A stretch of DNA of 64,000 nt from Macrostomum lignano. Taxonomy: Eukaryota. The position numbers and the translations under genes were made by a program. Below the pieces are notes generated by a model. That model had not been told where the DNA came from. It saw nothing but the letters and a program-made list of their open reading frames with translations, and searched no databases. Of the stretch, positions 24,501-35,910 are shown piece by piece (positions within the stretch are counted from its first letter, which is position 1; every line of letters begins with the position of its first letter). The stretch is from contig NIVC01001288.1 of NCBI GenBank assembly GCA_002269645.1, positions 1 through 64,000 on the forward strand, in the 5' to 3' direction.

Positions 24501-27500
24501 TTGCCTTTCACATTGGTGTCGGATAGCTGCAGAGGTGGGTGATAGTGACTGACTGTTGCCTTTCACATTGGTGTCGGATAGTTGCAGAGGTGGGTGGGAC
24601 TGACTGTTGCCTTTCACATTGGTGTCGGATAGTTGCAGAGGTGGGTGTGAGTGACTGTTGCCTTTCACATTGGTGTCGGATAGCTGCAGAGGTGGGTGGG
24701 AGTGACTGTTGCCTTTCACATTGGTGTCGGATAGTTGCAGAGGTGGGTGGGAGTGACTGACTGTTGCCTTTCACATTGGTGTCGGATAGTTGCAGAGGTG
24801 GGTGGGAGTGACTGACTGTTGCCTTTCACATTGGTGTCGGATAGCTGCAGAGGCGGGTGGGAGTGACTGACTGTTGCCTTTCACATTGGTGTCGGATAGT
24901 TGCAGAGGTGGGAGTGACTGACTGTTGCCTTTCACATTGGTGTCGGATAGCTGCAGAGGTGGGTGGGAGTGACTGTTGCCTTTCACATTGGTGTCGGATA
25001 GTTGCAGAGGCGGGTGGGAGTGACTGACTGTTGCCTTTCACATTGGTGTCGGATAGTTGCAGAGGTGGGAGTGACTGACTGTTGCCTTTCACATTGGTGT
25101 CGGATAGTTGCAGAGGTGGGTGGGAGTGACTGACTGTTGCCTTTCACATTGGTGTCGGATAGCTGCAGAGGTGGGTGGGAGTGACTGTTGCCTTTCACAT
25201 TGGTGTCGGATAGCTGCAGAGGTGGGTGGGAGTGACTGTTGCCTTTCACATTGGTGTCGGATAGCTGCAGAGGTGGGTGGCAGTGACTGTTGCCTTTCAC
25301 ATTGGTGTCGGATAGTTGCAGAGGTGGGTGGGAGTGACTGTTGCCTTTCACATTGGTGTCGGATAGCTGCAGAGGTGGGTGGGAGTGACTGACTGTTGCC
25401 TTTCACATTGGTGTCGGATAGCTGCAGAGGTGGGTGGGAATGACTGTTGCCTTTCACATTGGTGTCGGATAGTTGCAGAGGCGGGTGGGAGTGACTGACT
25501 GTTGCCTTTCACATTGGTGTCGGATAGCTGCAGAGGTGGGTGGGAGTGACTGACTGTTGCCTTTCACATTGGTGTCGGATAGCTGCAGAGGTGGGAGTGA
25601 CTGACTGTTGCCTTTCACATTGGTGTCGGATAGCTGCAGAGGCGGGTGGGAGTGACTGACTGTTGCCTTTCACATTGGTGTCGGATAGTTGCAGAGGTGG
25701 GAGTGACTGACTGTTGCCTTTCACATTGGTGTCGGATAGTTGCAGAGGTGGGTGGGAGTGACTGACTGTTGCCTTTCACATTGGTGTCGGATAGCTGCAG
25801 AGGTGGGTGGGAGTGACTGTTGCCTTTCACATTGGTGTCGGATAGCTGCAGAGGTGGGTGGGAGTGACTGTTGCCTTTCACATTGGTGTCGGATAGCTGC
25901 AGAGGTGGGTGGCAGTGACTGTTGCCTTTCACATTGGTGTCGGATAGTTGCAGAGGTGGGTGGGAGTGACTGTTGCCTTTCACATTGGTGTCGGATAGTT
26001 GCAGAGGCGGGTGGGAGTGACTGTTGTCTTTCACATTGGTGTCGAATAGCTGCAGAGGTGGGTGGGAGTGACTGTTGCCTTTCACATTGGTGTCGTATAG
26101 TTGCAGAGGTGGGTGGGAGTGACTGTTGTCTTTCACATTGGTGTCGGATAGCTGCAGAGGTGGGTGGGAGTGACTGTTGCCTTTCACATTGGTGTCGGAT
26201 AGTTGCAGAGGTGGGTGTGAGTGACTGTTGCCTTTCACATTGGTGTCGGATAGCTGCAGAGGTGGGTGGGAGTGACTGACTGTTGCCTTTCACATTGGTG
26301 TCGGATAGTTGCAGAAGTGGGTGGGACTGACAGTTGCCTTTCGCATTGGTTACGGCCTGCTAAAATTACGGAGCCTGCTAAAAAATTTAATTAGTGAAAG
26401 TTGCTGAAAGATGCTGAACCGCGCTGTCTCTGGTCAACAAATATAGTTTTAAGCGTGTTTGCGGGTGCGATCGACTTTTCTTAGAAAGTACTGTTGTCCG
26501 ACTTACATCGGAGTCGTCGTCCTGCACCAGCAGAACGCCGAACTCATCATCAACGCGCGGCTCCGGGTAGGCAGGGATGGTGAGGCCACCAGCCCTACTG
26601 CGTCCCAGGCGGCCCGACTGCGAGCTTCCACCGCTTCGACCAGACCGCATAGAGCTACGCGAGCTGCGGGGCCCGCCACGCTTTCTCTGGCTGCTGCCAC
26701 CTGCGCCACTCTGGGCCTCTATGACGTCTTCCTCTGTGGGGACAGAGTTGAGCTCTATTTTGACAGATTTCCAATAGGCGGTCTTCCCCTGGTTCTGTTT
26801 TAAATTTGACTGCTTTATTAGTCAATGCAAAGAAATTCTTTTCTGATGCTTAATCTTACTCTCGCTCTAATTTTTACACCGATGTGCGCAAAATCAAGGG
26901 AAAATTGAAGGTCACAAATTTTTGGGATAAGAAAAACTAGCAAGCACAAACGACAAACTAAACAGCGATAGCTTTTGAGAAATTCTGTGCATTTTTAAGG
27001 TCAGAAAAGACAGAGGCAGAGCAATATACGCTCGTATGTATTTTCTTTTCTATAAATCCTTTCATGCAGATAGACAGCTTTGAAATGTGGAGCAAAAAGG
27101 GACACTGATGTGAAAACAGCGGAGGAATGAAAAGAGGGAGAAGTAGAGATTGCAACTAAATTTCCTATGCCCAACGACGATAAAGTAAAAGATACTTTTA
27201 CAACCGTTTTGTCTGTACATACGTGGAATTTTTATATGTAGATTTTGTCTATCTACCGGCAGTGGGATGAGGTCGAAACCGATAAAATTACTAATTATGG
27301 ACGTTCTTTTACGAGCTATAATTTATTCTTTTTTCGTTTTATTTGCCATACTCGGAGTTCGCCATGTTTGCAAAGTAGAGGAAAAGACAAAAACAAAAAG
27401 ACTCAGGCAGTCTATGCAGGGCGTGTGAACAAAAATATGTAAACGAAATCCACGCTTTTTTTGTCGGATATATGTACCTGAGTTTGAGATTGCAGTAGCC

Positions 27501-30113
27501 TCGGTCTGACTTTCAGCCAAGCTGGCTCGCGCTGAGTCCTCTGGTGCCGTGTTTTCCATTACATATTTTGGAGTAGCTATTAATGCAACCAAAACAGTGG
27601 TTATTCATAAATGCGTAACTTGGAAAGTTAAACTAAATTGAGTGGCCAAAAATGTTGAAACAGATATTTTGATCATAGCAATTGTATGATGCTTCGTGAA
27701 AAAAAGGCTATCATAATTATACGAGTATGAATTAGTTAGAGTTCAAACTCAGGTATTTTTTATATATCTTTTTCTTTTTAGCACCCTCAAACCCGCTGGC
27801 TGCTCTGCAGCCATCTGCCATCCGCGGAATGCCCGCCGCCACAGCTGTCTGTGGCCAGGACCAGCGGCACCCTGCAACTCTGAGAAAACCCACTGCGGCT
27901 GCAGAGCAGCCATCAAAGAAATAGAGCATGTTATAGTTAGCCTAGACGTGTTGAAACGGGGAGAAACGCACGGCATCCCGCCCGCTGCAATAATCTATGG
28001 CCAACTTCAATAAGTAAAAAAACTCGTATGCATATAAGTATCTAGTTAATGTTTCTACAACTTGTATATTTTAAAAGTAAAGCTTAGTGCTGCTTAATAA
28101 TTCTTAGTATCAGTTACTATTTTTTCAATTCGCAAAATAAGGAGTTTTGGCCATAGACAATTTTTTGATTTCATTACTTCTTTCTTTGTCTTGTGTGCTG
28201 GAGTGCTAATGTGGAGGCTCTGCCCCCACACCCCCGCAAGGGGGCTCAGCGCCCCCTTGACCCCGCTTTCTTCTGACTTTGCCATAGACATTTTCAGCGG
28301 GCCGTGAAACCGACTGAATGCATTGGAATAAATGGGATTTTACCATAGACAGTCTCAGCGGCCAGTGAAACGCGGTTTCACGCCCGCTAACTATAACACT
28401 AATATGGATGGGCCGCATCGGGTAGAAACGAGCTATAACGCCGAGGCGCGTACCCCTCTGCAGCCCATCATATTGGTATAGTGTGAGCTTTATATTGCCC
28501 GCTATTCCAAGCAGTTTGTCAAGTTGCGGGGTTTATTTTTTAACGATTTGTCTATGGTTGCTCTATATGAGATAAAGCACGCTATTTTCCGGACACTATT
28601 TACTTAGTGCCTGGAGTGCCCGGAAAATCGTGCTTTATGTTCTACTTAAATCACTTTAAAGCTCACTTTCAGGGAGGTTATTGACATAGATTTTATTTTG
28701 CGGGATTTAATCGACTTTCCCGGACATATTGCAATGATTATTGTATGTATCTAAATAAGCGAGCTTCTCTCTTCTCTTCCTTCGTGACTCGAGAAATTTC
28801 TTAATGAAATTTTGTCCATGGTAAGAATGTGGGGGCTTCGCCCCCACACCCCCATCCTCAACTTCAACCATAGACATACAAGTATGGCTTCGGGATTTAT
28901 CTGAATACATCCCGCAAAGTTAAAGTAGTATAATCCATAGAAATAAAGACTTTCCGTGACAATATTTGCGTTCTCCCGGATTTTATTTGGTAATATTCAA
29001 TAACATCCCGTAAAGTCTTCATGTCTATGGTTTATACGAGATTACACATGCCTTTTCGGGAGTTATTTTCATAAATCCCTCGGGCCTCAAGCCCTCGTGA
29101 CTTATACAAATAACTCCCTTAAAAGGCATGTTTAATCTGATACTTAAATAAGATATTCTATGGGTTTTTCGGTCGGTTTTTCACTAATCACATACCGACC
29201 TCAAACCCATAGAATATCTTATACATAGCACTCATTTTTACACAGCATTAGTGAATCTATGGCTACTCTGCAGCCAGCGGGTTTTCAAAGAGTGAATGCT
29301 GTGGCTGCTTGTGGGCAGACGCAGATGTCTAATGGCTGCTCTGCAGCCAACGGTTTTTCTCAGAGTGAGTGCACAGGCTTGAGGGGCAGAAGTGGTTTTA
29401 AAGGGCTATCAAGCACATTAATGGAACAGCGTAATAAAGCATAGACGTCATATACATGCATATATTTTTGGAGAACCTAAACCAGTGTACATGTAAGCAT
29501 GTGGGCGCGGAATGTCTAGCATCAATTAAGCAACCAAATGGAGCCCGAATTCAGGCCTGGACCAAACCGATTATGATGAATTAGCTGACGTGTTGGGGGT
29601 TGTCGCTGACTATTGACTGGCTAACTAACTTAACTATTAAACTTTGACGACTCACTTTGTGCCCTGCTGACCGTGCCAAGCGTGCACCCACTCATGCGTG
29701 CATCAATACATACTTCAAATTTATCGAATTTGTGCATAAATTGATGTGATATATCTCCATTTAGGTTAGATACAAGCGTATATGGCTTTCTTGTTCGCAT
29801 TGAAAATGCATGGAAGCGGGCGAATAAATTGACATTGTACGAGCTTATATAAACTCGAATTGGGAAATATTTCGTTCAAAATATACAAACATTTTCACTC
29901 ACCTTTTCTCCCTGACTCAGCGTTTCCCGGTTCACTTTTGACAGACTGCTGATCAGACTGCTGTCGCAGCCGCATATCCTCTATCCAGCTCCACTCTGTC
30001 TGTGTCGCCAGGGATATGATACTCAGCTCCCTACCATCAAAGCCTTTCATCACGGCAGACACAGGGTCCGAAATGCCTTGGACGAGACAATCCTGATCCA
30101 TTTGTTGATTTCT
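9513..30113 (-). CDS. ERICH6: ERICH6/FAM194-family protein, multi-exon
   Basis: Phase-consistent GT-AG exons (minus): 29903-30113, 27478-27576, 26507-26733 (alt 26754), 20449-20613 (see array), 18296-18511, 18030-18160, 17553-17617, 17091-17156, 14622-14797, 13767-14017, 13143-13389, 9513-9743 (stop). Peptides LLPSVGPPQILQ|YLRES, CDFCGRP..LYCC, RTINYSLSSMRCLEEGW, FYPNGKKFVTMFADRTGNVFYPSGRLAI and PFQPISLALNKTVGLRL..RDSIYLSF..CKINVGARIK match what I know of the ERICH6/FAM194 C-terminal domain. The start is unresolved (ATG at 30101 or an upstream exon). Confidence 0.8.
9918..10380 (-). mobile_element. Penelope-like element 3' fragment (GIY-YIG C-terminus plus pLTR/3' UTR)
   Basis: Minus strand 10374-10177 translates SAIQNHLLECNSCSNCKPEERFKVIDQC*FDSKLQILEALYIKAHSPNLNTQIQHSGAGHVLRVF*. 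This is the typical PLE GIY-YIG end (H..C..C, F.VI, LE...I....P.LN) with one in-frame stop, followed by a hammerhead core. Confidence 0.85.
9963..9994 (-). ncRNA. Minimal type I hammerhead ribozyme (PLE type)
   Basis: CTGAAGA-T-GCAC-AGTATC-GTGC-GAAA-CGCGTC: conserved core, 4-bp helix II, palindromic ACGCGT helix III and GUC cleavage triplet. Helix I is short and imperfect. Confidence 0.75.
10405..11035 (+). repeat. 17-bp minisatellite (GCTGAGTGCTAATCT[A/G]G), degenerate at the edges
   Basis: Homogeneous core at about 10605-10960, with GTGCTAATCTGG-type degenerate units on both sides. Confidence 0.9.
11265..11285 (+). mobile_element. Helitron-like 3' terminus (element 1; 5' end not found)
   Basis: AGCCACCCGGAGGGGGGGCT imperfect hairpin, 6-nt spacer, then CTAG followed by T. 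Confidence 0.55.
11840..11915 (+). other. Degenerate tRNA-like sequence (SINE head or tRNA pseudogene) inside the Helitron
   Basis: TAGCCTAGATG (A-box-like), CTGGACTGCTAATACAG (anticodon-arm-like, GCT), CTGGGTTCGAATC (B-box), then an A-rich tail. No intact acceptor stem. Confidence 0.45.
11984..12481 (+). repeat. 24-bp minisatellite (GCACTTGATAA[A/G]CCAAGGATTA[T/C]T), about 21 copies
   Basis: Direct tandem repeat; it explains the ALDKPRII-type ORFs. Confidence 0.95.
12703..12930 (+). mobile_element. Penelope 3'/pLTR fragment, inverted copy of 9918-10146
   Basis: Reverse complement of 9918-10146 with only a few mismatches. Truncated exactly at the Helitron CTAG end. Confidence 0.85.
12855..12886 (+). 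ncRNA. Minimal type I hammerhead ribozyme (PLE type)
   Basis: CTGAAGATGCACAGTATCGTGCGAAACGCGTC, identical core to 9963-9994. Confidence 0.75.
13643..13706 (+). repeat. (GTT)n and (GT)n microsatellites, intronic
   Basis: Visible directly in the sequence. Confidence 0.9.
15257..15665. mobile_element. MITE-like element with inverted ends
   Basis: GGGACAAATTTAAGTT at left versus AACTTAAGTTTGTCCC at right. Inner AACATTGAAAAGTCGCCA versus TGGCGACTTTTCGATGTT. TTAA flanks the right end only. Confidence 0.5.
18782..18817 (+). repeat. (ATATAG)n microsatellite
   Basis: Visible directly in the sequence. Confidence 0.85.
19541..19680 (-). mobile_element. Truncated copy of the tRNA-derived SINE family (3' part)
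   Basis: Matches 41357-41500 (AGAGGCA..GTGTGCACCC..CGCACTTTAAGTGACAT..ACTGCCCATTCCGCCGACTCCC.TGAGCAGGC). Confidence 0.7.
20590..26350 (-). repeat. 51/55-bp minisatellite, about 110 units, inside the ERICH6-like exon region
   Basis: Unit GCCTTTCACATTGGTGTCGGATAG[C/T]TGCAGAGGTGGGTGGGAGTGACTGTT, with 4-nt GACT/GGGT indels. Both ends grade into coding-like unique sequence. Higher-order periods of 412 and 1680 bp are visible from the repeated ORF coordinates. Confidence 0.97.
27780..29405. mobile_element. Composite palindrome-rich (foldback/MITE-like) region
   Basis: Four copies of the 17-bp palindrome TGGCTGCTCTGCAGCCA in inverted end blocks. Internal hairpins at 28573-28637, 29040-29137 and 29150-29220. 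Repeated CCATAGAC/GTCTATGG motifs. Confidence 0.5.
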
Positions 30114-31085
30114 CTGTAATTTTAGATTTTACAGTTTTTTATTTTACTTACATGACGCAATTGTTAATCATGGAAGGCAATTTTTCTTTAACTACGCTTG
30201 TAATTGAGACAACATGACCAAATTTAATATTTTTATATCCACTGAGTAAATTTATTATAAAGTCATAGATAGACATACGTTAACTTAAATTAATTTTTAT
30301 TAATCTAGTTTAATTTGATTTCTCTCTACTAAATAACAACAGAAATAGATGTTACCATACGGTAAAAAACAGAGTTTATATTCTACAACACAATCCTTTG
30401 TCAATTAATTTTCTTTTATGCATTCTTTGCTGTTATTGTATACTCATCAGTTTAATTAATGGTTAAGTTATTGTAAAAAATGAACTAACCTAATTTATAA
30501 CGTATTTTTAATGTGAAAAAGTGAAAGAGAAAGTGAAAAAGTGAAGTAAAAATAAAGTACGAAATCAAACATCTAAACCTTCTATAAACAATAGAAAAGC
30601 CACTGTCAAGATAAAATGAAAGTCAAATAACAAATTATGAATTTGCGGCTCGAAAATTGCACGTACCCGTCATCGACGTATACTCAGTGACGCAAATTAA
30701 ACGTTTCAAAACTACGTTGTAAACTATTTATTGGCTTGAAAACAGTGAAAACCAGAGACACATCAAAGTTAAATATTTTCGTTGCTAGAAGCCTCAAAGC
30801 AATTTAGTTACAGAATTCAATTTATATTGTAGAACCAAATAGCAAATAAAAACACACATAAAACAATTAATTCGTAGACTAACTACGACCCAAATGTTAA
30901 TAAAATTTTCAGCTATTGTTTTAACGAACAAATTAACGACGTTTAAAGAAAGTGAATTACACGACGTATTATACGCAGTTTATATTTACTTGTAGCATGG
31001 AACTAAAAATAGGAATTTAACGCACAGCTTTTTGTGTATAATGGTGATTTTTCATTGTGCTAGTTAGCTGCACGAGTTTTTTATG

Positions 31086-31260
31086 TCAGCGCAGTAGCTT
31101 TTTGAGCTGCACATCCGTGAGATGGATCAGCACCGGAACTCCATAAGTCATGCAGCTATCTATGTACAATCTGTAAATAAGTCTGAGATGCAACCGTATA
31201 CCGTGATATATCTCGAGCCGAAGTGCTAAGTGGTGGTGTGAAATAGGAGGGGGATTTGTT
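31086..31260 (-). pseudogene. Non-LTR retrotransposon RT C-terminal remnant
   Basis: HGIRLHLRLIYRLYIDSCMTYGVPVLIHLTDVQLKKL resembles the LINE post-RT motif L.IYK.YI...MTYG.P.W.......KL. Confidence 0.55.
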
Positions 31261-32671
31261 ACGGACGGACAGGAATCTACTCTACTTGAACTATTTTTGG
31301 TGAAAATTCCAAATGTCGCGGCGTGGATAAAAGACGCGGTGGCCAAAAATATAGAACACATGCACTTCTGTAAGTTAACCTCATAATGTTAACTGTTAAG
31401 TGTTAACAAATATAATATGCTCCGACGTATTTAAGTAGTAAGTACATTTATGTCTGTTTACGAGGTATATGTACGTGTATGTACTTTTAGTTATATCCCA
31501 GTGAAAAATGATTCATGGATTCCACGTGGGTTCCACGTGGCCATGTGGAATTTAAATGTTTCCTTAATTTTTGCAAATTAATGACTTAAAGATGACATAA
31601 TGGTATGCAAAGTATTTTTTATGCATTATTTTTTAATTTTTACTGTCCTAATGTTGATGTGGATTTTACAAGGAATTCATGAGAAATAAGCGTATATTGA
31701 TTCAACATGGAATCCACTTCGATAAAAAACTGTGATACACCACATTCAGACGTTTTTATGAAATTACTATAATTAATTATTACATTTATATGCTTTTAAG
31801 TAAAAATTAATATCTTAAAGCTAAATTATAATCAGAAAATAAGATACTGTTTGTTAAAATAGACGAAAAAGAAGTGAACAATAAAAAACGTTTCGTGCTT
31901 TTTAAGATTAAATTTATTTTATTTTATATTCGTCAATGTCTTGCATGGTTCAAGGCCTTGAAAGATAAATTGCCTTGTTTATGGCTATTTAAGCACCTTA
32001 AAAATTTTAGTAGACGTAGCCTATAGGCAATAACTTATAAGGCCATGGCCTCCATGGGATTGGAAATTAGATAAATCAGTATTTCATCATAGATAGGCCT
32101 AATACTTTTGCCAGTTTTGGTAAAATCCATCCATGATAAATTTATTTAGGCTTATCCAATTTCTAGGAATCCCATGGCCATGTCCATAGATTGGCTACTC
32201 ATTTTAAATAGGCCTTTCGAAGTTCATAATTTCCTCTTAGTCCTACCTATTAGTCCTATCTATTTATGTATACTTATTAATATTAGGCCTATTTTAAGCT
32301 AGGCCTATAACTATCAATTCAGGTCCTTCTATTTTAATTAAGGTTAAGACTAGGCCTAGCTTGACTTTGTGAATTGTGACTAGTCAATCTAGTTAATCTG
32401 TTAAAAATCTATTCATTTATGATTTTCTTCAAAAAAGCCTATTAGCATCTTTTGGACTTGTTGCATTTTTAAAAACAATATTATTAATCATTATAAATAA
32501 TTCTTTGCAATTACACTTGCAACCTGTTTTTGGCATAGCTAGCCTAGCAGATCCCTAAGGTTGCTATTATAAATAAATAATGATTATTATAAATTTGATC
32601 TGATTTAGGCCAAGTCCAGAATTTAATAGCCATAGGGCATAGCTTTTAAGATTAGGCCTAATGTTTAGGCC

Positions 32672-33074
32672 GGTGCATGACCAAGACCGCCACATACCAA
32701 GACCGCCACAGCTCTTACTGACTATTGGAATTGAGGGGAAGCTACCAATCTTTCAGCATTGCTATTGGTTATGATGGGTTGTGGAGTTAGATAAGGAGGA
32801 AGTGTCCTAAGATTGGTCACTAATAAGATGAATAAGTGGCCCAAAATGATTGCAAGTCAACCAGGGCAATTTTAACAATTCAAATTAAATGAAAAAACAA
32901 GGAGCCTGGCTCACTCACCTATCTAGCCAGGCTAGCCTGCTCACTAGTTCTTCTCTCGTGGCCTTGTCTTGCTGGCTCTCCCCATCTTACCCCTCCTCAG
33001 CCCCATCCAATAACATGGCGAGCCAAATTCCTCCCTCCTAGCTCCCCCAAATGTGGCGGTCTTGGTCCTATACT
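32672..33074. mobile_element. MULE-like MITE, 403 bp
   Basis: TIR core GACCAAGACCGCCACAT / ATGTGGCGGTCTTGGTC. 9-bp direct repeat GTTTAGGCC at 32663-32671 and 33075-33083. Confidence 0.7.
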
Positions 33075-33094
33075 GTTTAGGCCTAATCATACTA

Positions 33095-33453
33095 TTTTTT
33101 TATTAGAGGCAGGGGGTTGTATACACCCTGGCACACTTTAAGCGACATAGGCATACAACTAGCGAGAGGCATTGCTGCCTATTCCACTAACTCCCCTGAG
33201 CAGGCACACAAGCGTGCGGATATGTATGCAGGCACACTTACACAGGAGTATACAATGGCCCTAACTTTATTTATTGTTAGGCATGTATACTTCACTGTGC
33301 CTTGGGGGTTGGCTCTCAAGGCTGTTAATTGCACAAGCAGAGAGCCAAGCCAAGATTCCAATTCAGCCCCAAATTAATGTGACTACTCTTAGAATCAAGC
33401 CTAGGTCGCTAGCACACTAGAGCAGCTGTGCTACCGCTTGGCTACAGCCCCCC
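33095..33453 (-). mobile_element. tRNA-derived SINE, full length, heavily C-to-T mutated
   Basis: Minus head GGGGCTGTAGCCAAGCGGTAG (A box) ...GGCTTGATTC (decayed B box); poly-A tail. Aligns end to end with 41357-41713. Confidence 0.85.
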
Positions 33454-35179
33454 TTTTAATTATAATAGGCCAGCAAATATAAAAAAACATGCATTGCTTT
33501 GCCTAAATACTTTATAGTCTAAAATCAGTTTTAAAATAAAAAAATAAATTTATAGAAACATATATTAATTTTTTGTACTTATTATTTTAATTTTATTAAT
33601 TTAATTTTATTGATTGACTTAGGTAGGGTTTTCTTTTTTGCTAGAGACAAGGTGCAAAATCATACCCTATGCTCACTTTTAGGGTTTTATGATTTTAAGG
33701 CTTAGAATGTAGTTTCTCTTTTTTCTTATATAAAGGCAGTGCAAAAAAGGCTTCAACAGAAAAATAGGTAATGAGATCACACCTAAACTGTATCATCAAC
33801 TTTTTAATTTCAATTTTCAAGGTGCAATTTTAAAATTTAGGGTGCATATACACACTTTGCGCTTAAAAAAATAAACCTAGGACTTAGGCCTAGTTAATTT
33901 TAAAATAAACTTTATTTTATTTTATAAGTATTCATCATTAAATTAGTTTTATGAATTATATCAATACTATTTATCAATCTTAATTGGCAACAATTATTTT
34001 TCTATTTCATGCATGCCTAACATTACATGGCCCATCCTCAAACTTGGATGTCACCTTGGTCTTGCATTTGAAGAAGCTTGCAAAGCTACTTGGTTATTTG
34101 AATTTAATATCTCAAATGCTACCTTTTGTGAAGCAATGGTAAGTTTTAGTTATAAACTGATTTTTTTCTGTCATCAAAATCTATCAAAATCTATTACAAA
34201 ATCTGTCAATCTGTTATAAAATTCTGTAATTTAACCCCTTTCTTTTCTAAGGTTGCTCACCTGACCTGAAGAAGCAGCATTCTGGCAATTGGCAGCAGCA
34301 TGTTTCTGACTGTTCTAATTCTGATGCATTATATTATTGTTAATTAATTAATGCTATTGACAATGTCAATTTCAAATTATATATTATATCATATGCGCAG
34401 TGCAACTCTAAAGATATCAATATTTACATCAGTGTGTTTATTCTTTGTGTGCCAGTGACTCACTACTGTACATAAATACACCTTACATCGTTTTTGAATA
34501 TTGAATATTGAATTTTTGTGCAGAAATATTTTTTGCTATAGCTAGTGTTTCATCTGTGTTTCAGTTTCTTTTATATGGTATTGAGATCTGGGGTTCATAT
34601 GAAATTTTGAGATCTGGTATTATTTTGAGATTGAGGATGCAACAATTTATTATGGCAACCAGTATAATGGCTGCTTACTCAATGACAATGTGGATTCTAT
34701 GTGAAATACATAATTACTTCCATATGGATCTTCCATGTGGAATCCATATCTTGATTCCACATGGATGGACGGAGACAAATGCACATATGGATTTCATATG
34801 AAAAATCCACATGGAATCCATATCATTTTTTTCACTGGGATGTATACGTATCTATCCGTATACTATATCCGTATACTATATCCGTGCTTATAACATTAGT
34901 TCACTAATTCATTCTTAGCATCAAGGGGCCTTTTCATATTGCTTGTTCTGGTTCCAGAACCAGAACCAATTTGTGAAGTATAACTTTTTGTCTCCATAAC
35001 TAGATCAGGGAGATACGTGCTATAAAGTTTTTATTATTGAATGACAATCGCCAAGAAGAAAGTGAAAATTGTGCCAAGTTAGGTTGTTAAGGCAGTCAAA
35101 TATTAACAGAGTTTAATAGTTATACTGCTGTTTTTCTTGGAATTCCGAACCGATTCTGGTTCTGGAATTGGTAATATTG

Positions 35180-35780
35180 TGGTAGGCGAGGCCTCCCACT
35201 ATACCTCCCACTGTTTCACACCGTTTCACACCTACACGTGTGTGAAACGGTGTCTTAACTTCGTGACCTCGGAAGCACTTTATTTTGACCCTTAGAGGTC
35301 TATCGAGAAGCGCTAGAGCAAACTCGAGCTAGTTTCCAGCTTTAGAGCTTTTCCCGCGTAAAATCGCGGTGGTGGCAGCGACCTACTACTATTAGTAACA
35401 CTCTCGAGAATTTTTAGTTTATTTTGAAGTGCCCCTCATCGGCTATAAATCTCTGCATTCGGCCTTCTGAACGTCGGCATACTAGACCGCTCAGCCGCGA
35501 CCACAGCTACCCTCCCCCTGAGCCTGAGGAACTCAGCAGCGGAGCTCCCCGTCATCTACAAGCCGAAATCTTCGTTAAGTTTGTTTGAAACGACAAAGCG
35601 CACTGATTCGAACGGACGAGAACGAACGAATTTCAAGAAGCCCAGCAGCTAGAATAGTTGTCAAACCCCCCCCCCCCGACCTTAATATGAAAAGGCCCAA
35701 GGACGACTTAAGTAGAAGGACGGGAAATCTCGTTTCTTGGAAATTTTTTGAAGGCAGGCTTTTCCGAAAACACAATGGAT
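35180..35780. promoter_or_regulatory. CpG-rich island between divergently oriented ERICH6-like and ADAR genes; candidate (bidirectional) promoter
   Basis: Dense CpGs flanked on both sides by nearly CpG-free DNA. TATAAA at about 35443. It lies upstream of both genes. Confidence 0.35.
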
Positions 35781-35910
35781 ATAGGAAGTTTTCATTTTTT
35801 CACCACAAAAATTGTCATTGCTTTTGATAGGAGGCAGATCCAGTGTTCAACATTTGAAATGTTGTGCCTTTCTTATTGCTCTATCGATATTCATAAAGCC
35901 TTTCGTTCAA
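35690..35910 (+). pseudogene. Possible degenerate LINE RT fragment
   Basis: Fragments VSWKFFEGRL, HCF..GRSSVQHL (frameshifted) and IDIHKAFRSMN occur in the order of RT motifs K.FE, Q.GF..GRS and D..KAF.S. Confidence 0.35.

Larger units (their letters stand above)
31497..34839. mobile_element. Non-autonomous CACTA/EnSpm-like DNA element (about 3.3 kb) with nested inserts
   Basis: TIR CCCAGTGAAAAA...TTTTTCACTGGG, 2-bp AT duplication on both sides, and subterminal ATGGATTCCA(C/T)GTGG repeats at both ends. Confidence 0.7.

Noticed and set aside
20463-26293. Dozens of ORFs in the 51/55-bp array, and its CRISPR-like regular look
   Set aside because: Tandem units with no unique spacers and no cas genes in a eukaryotic context. 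The ORFs are repeat frames; only the minus KGNSHSHPP frame is linked to a gene.
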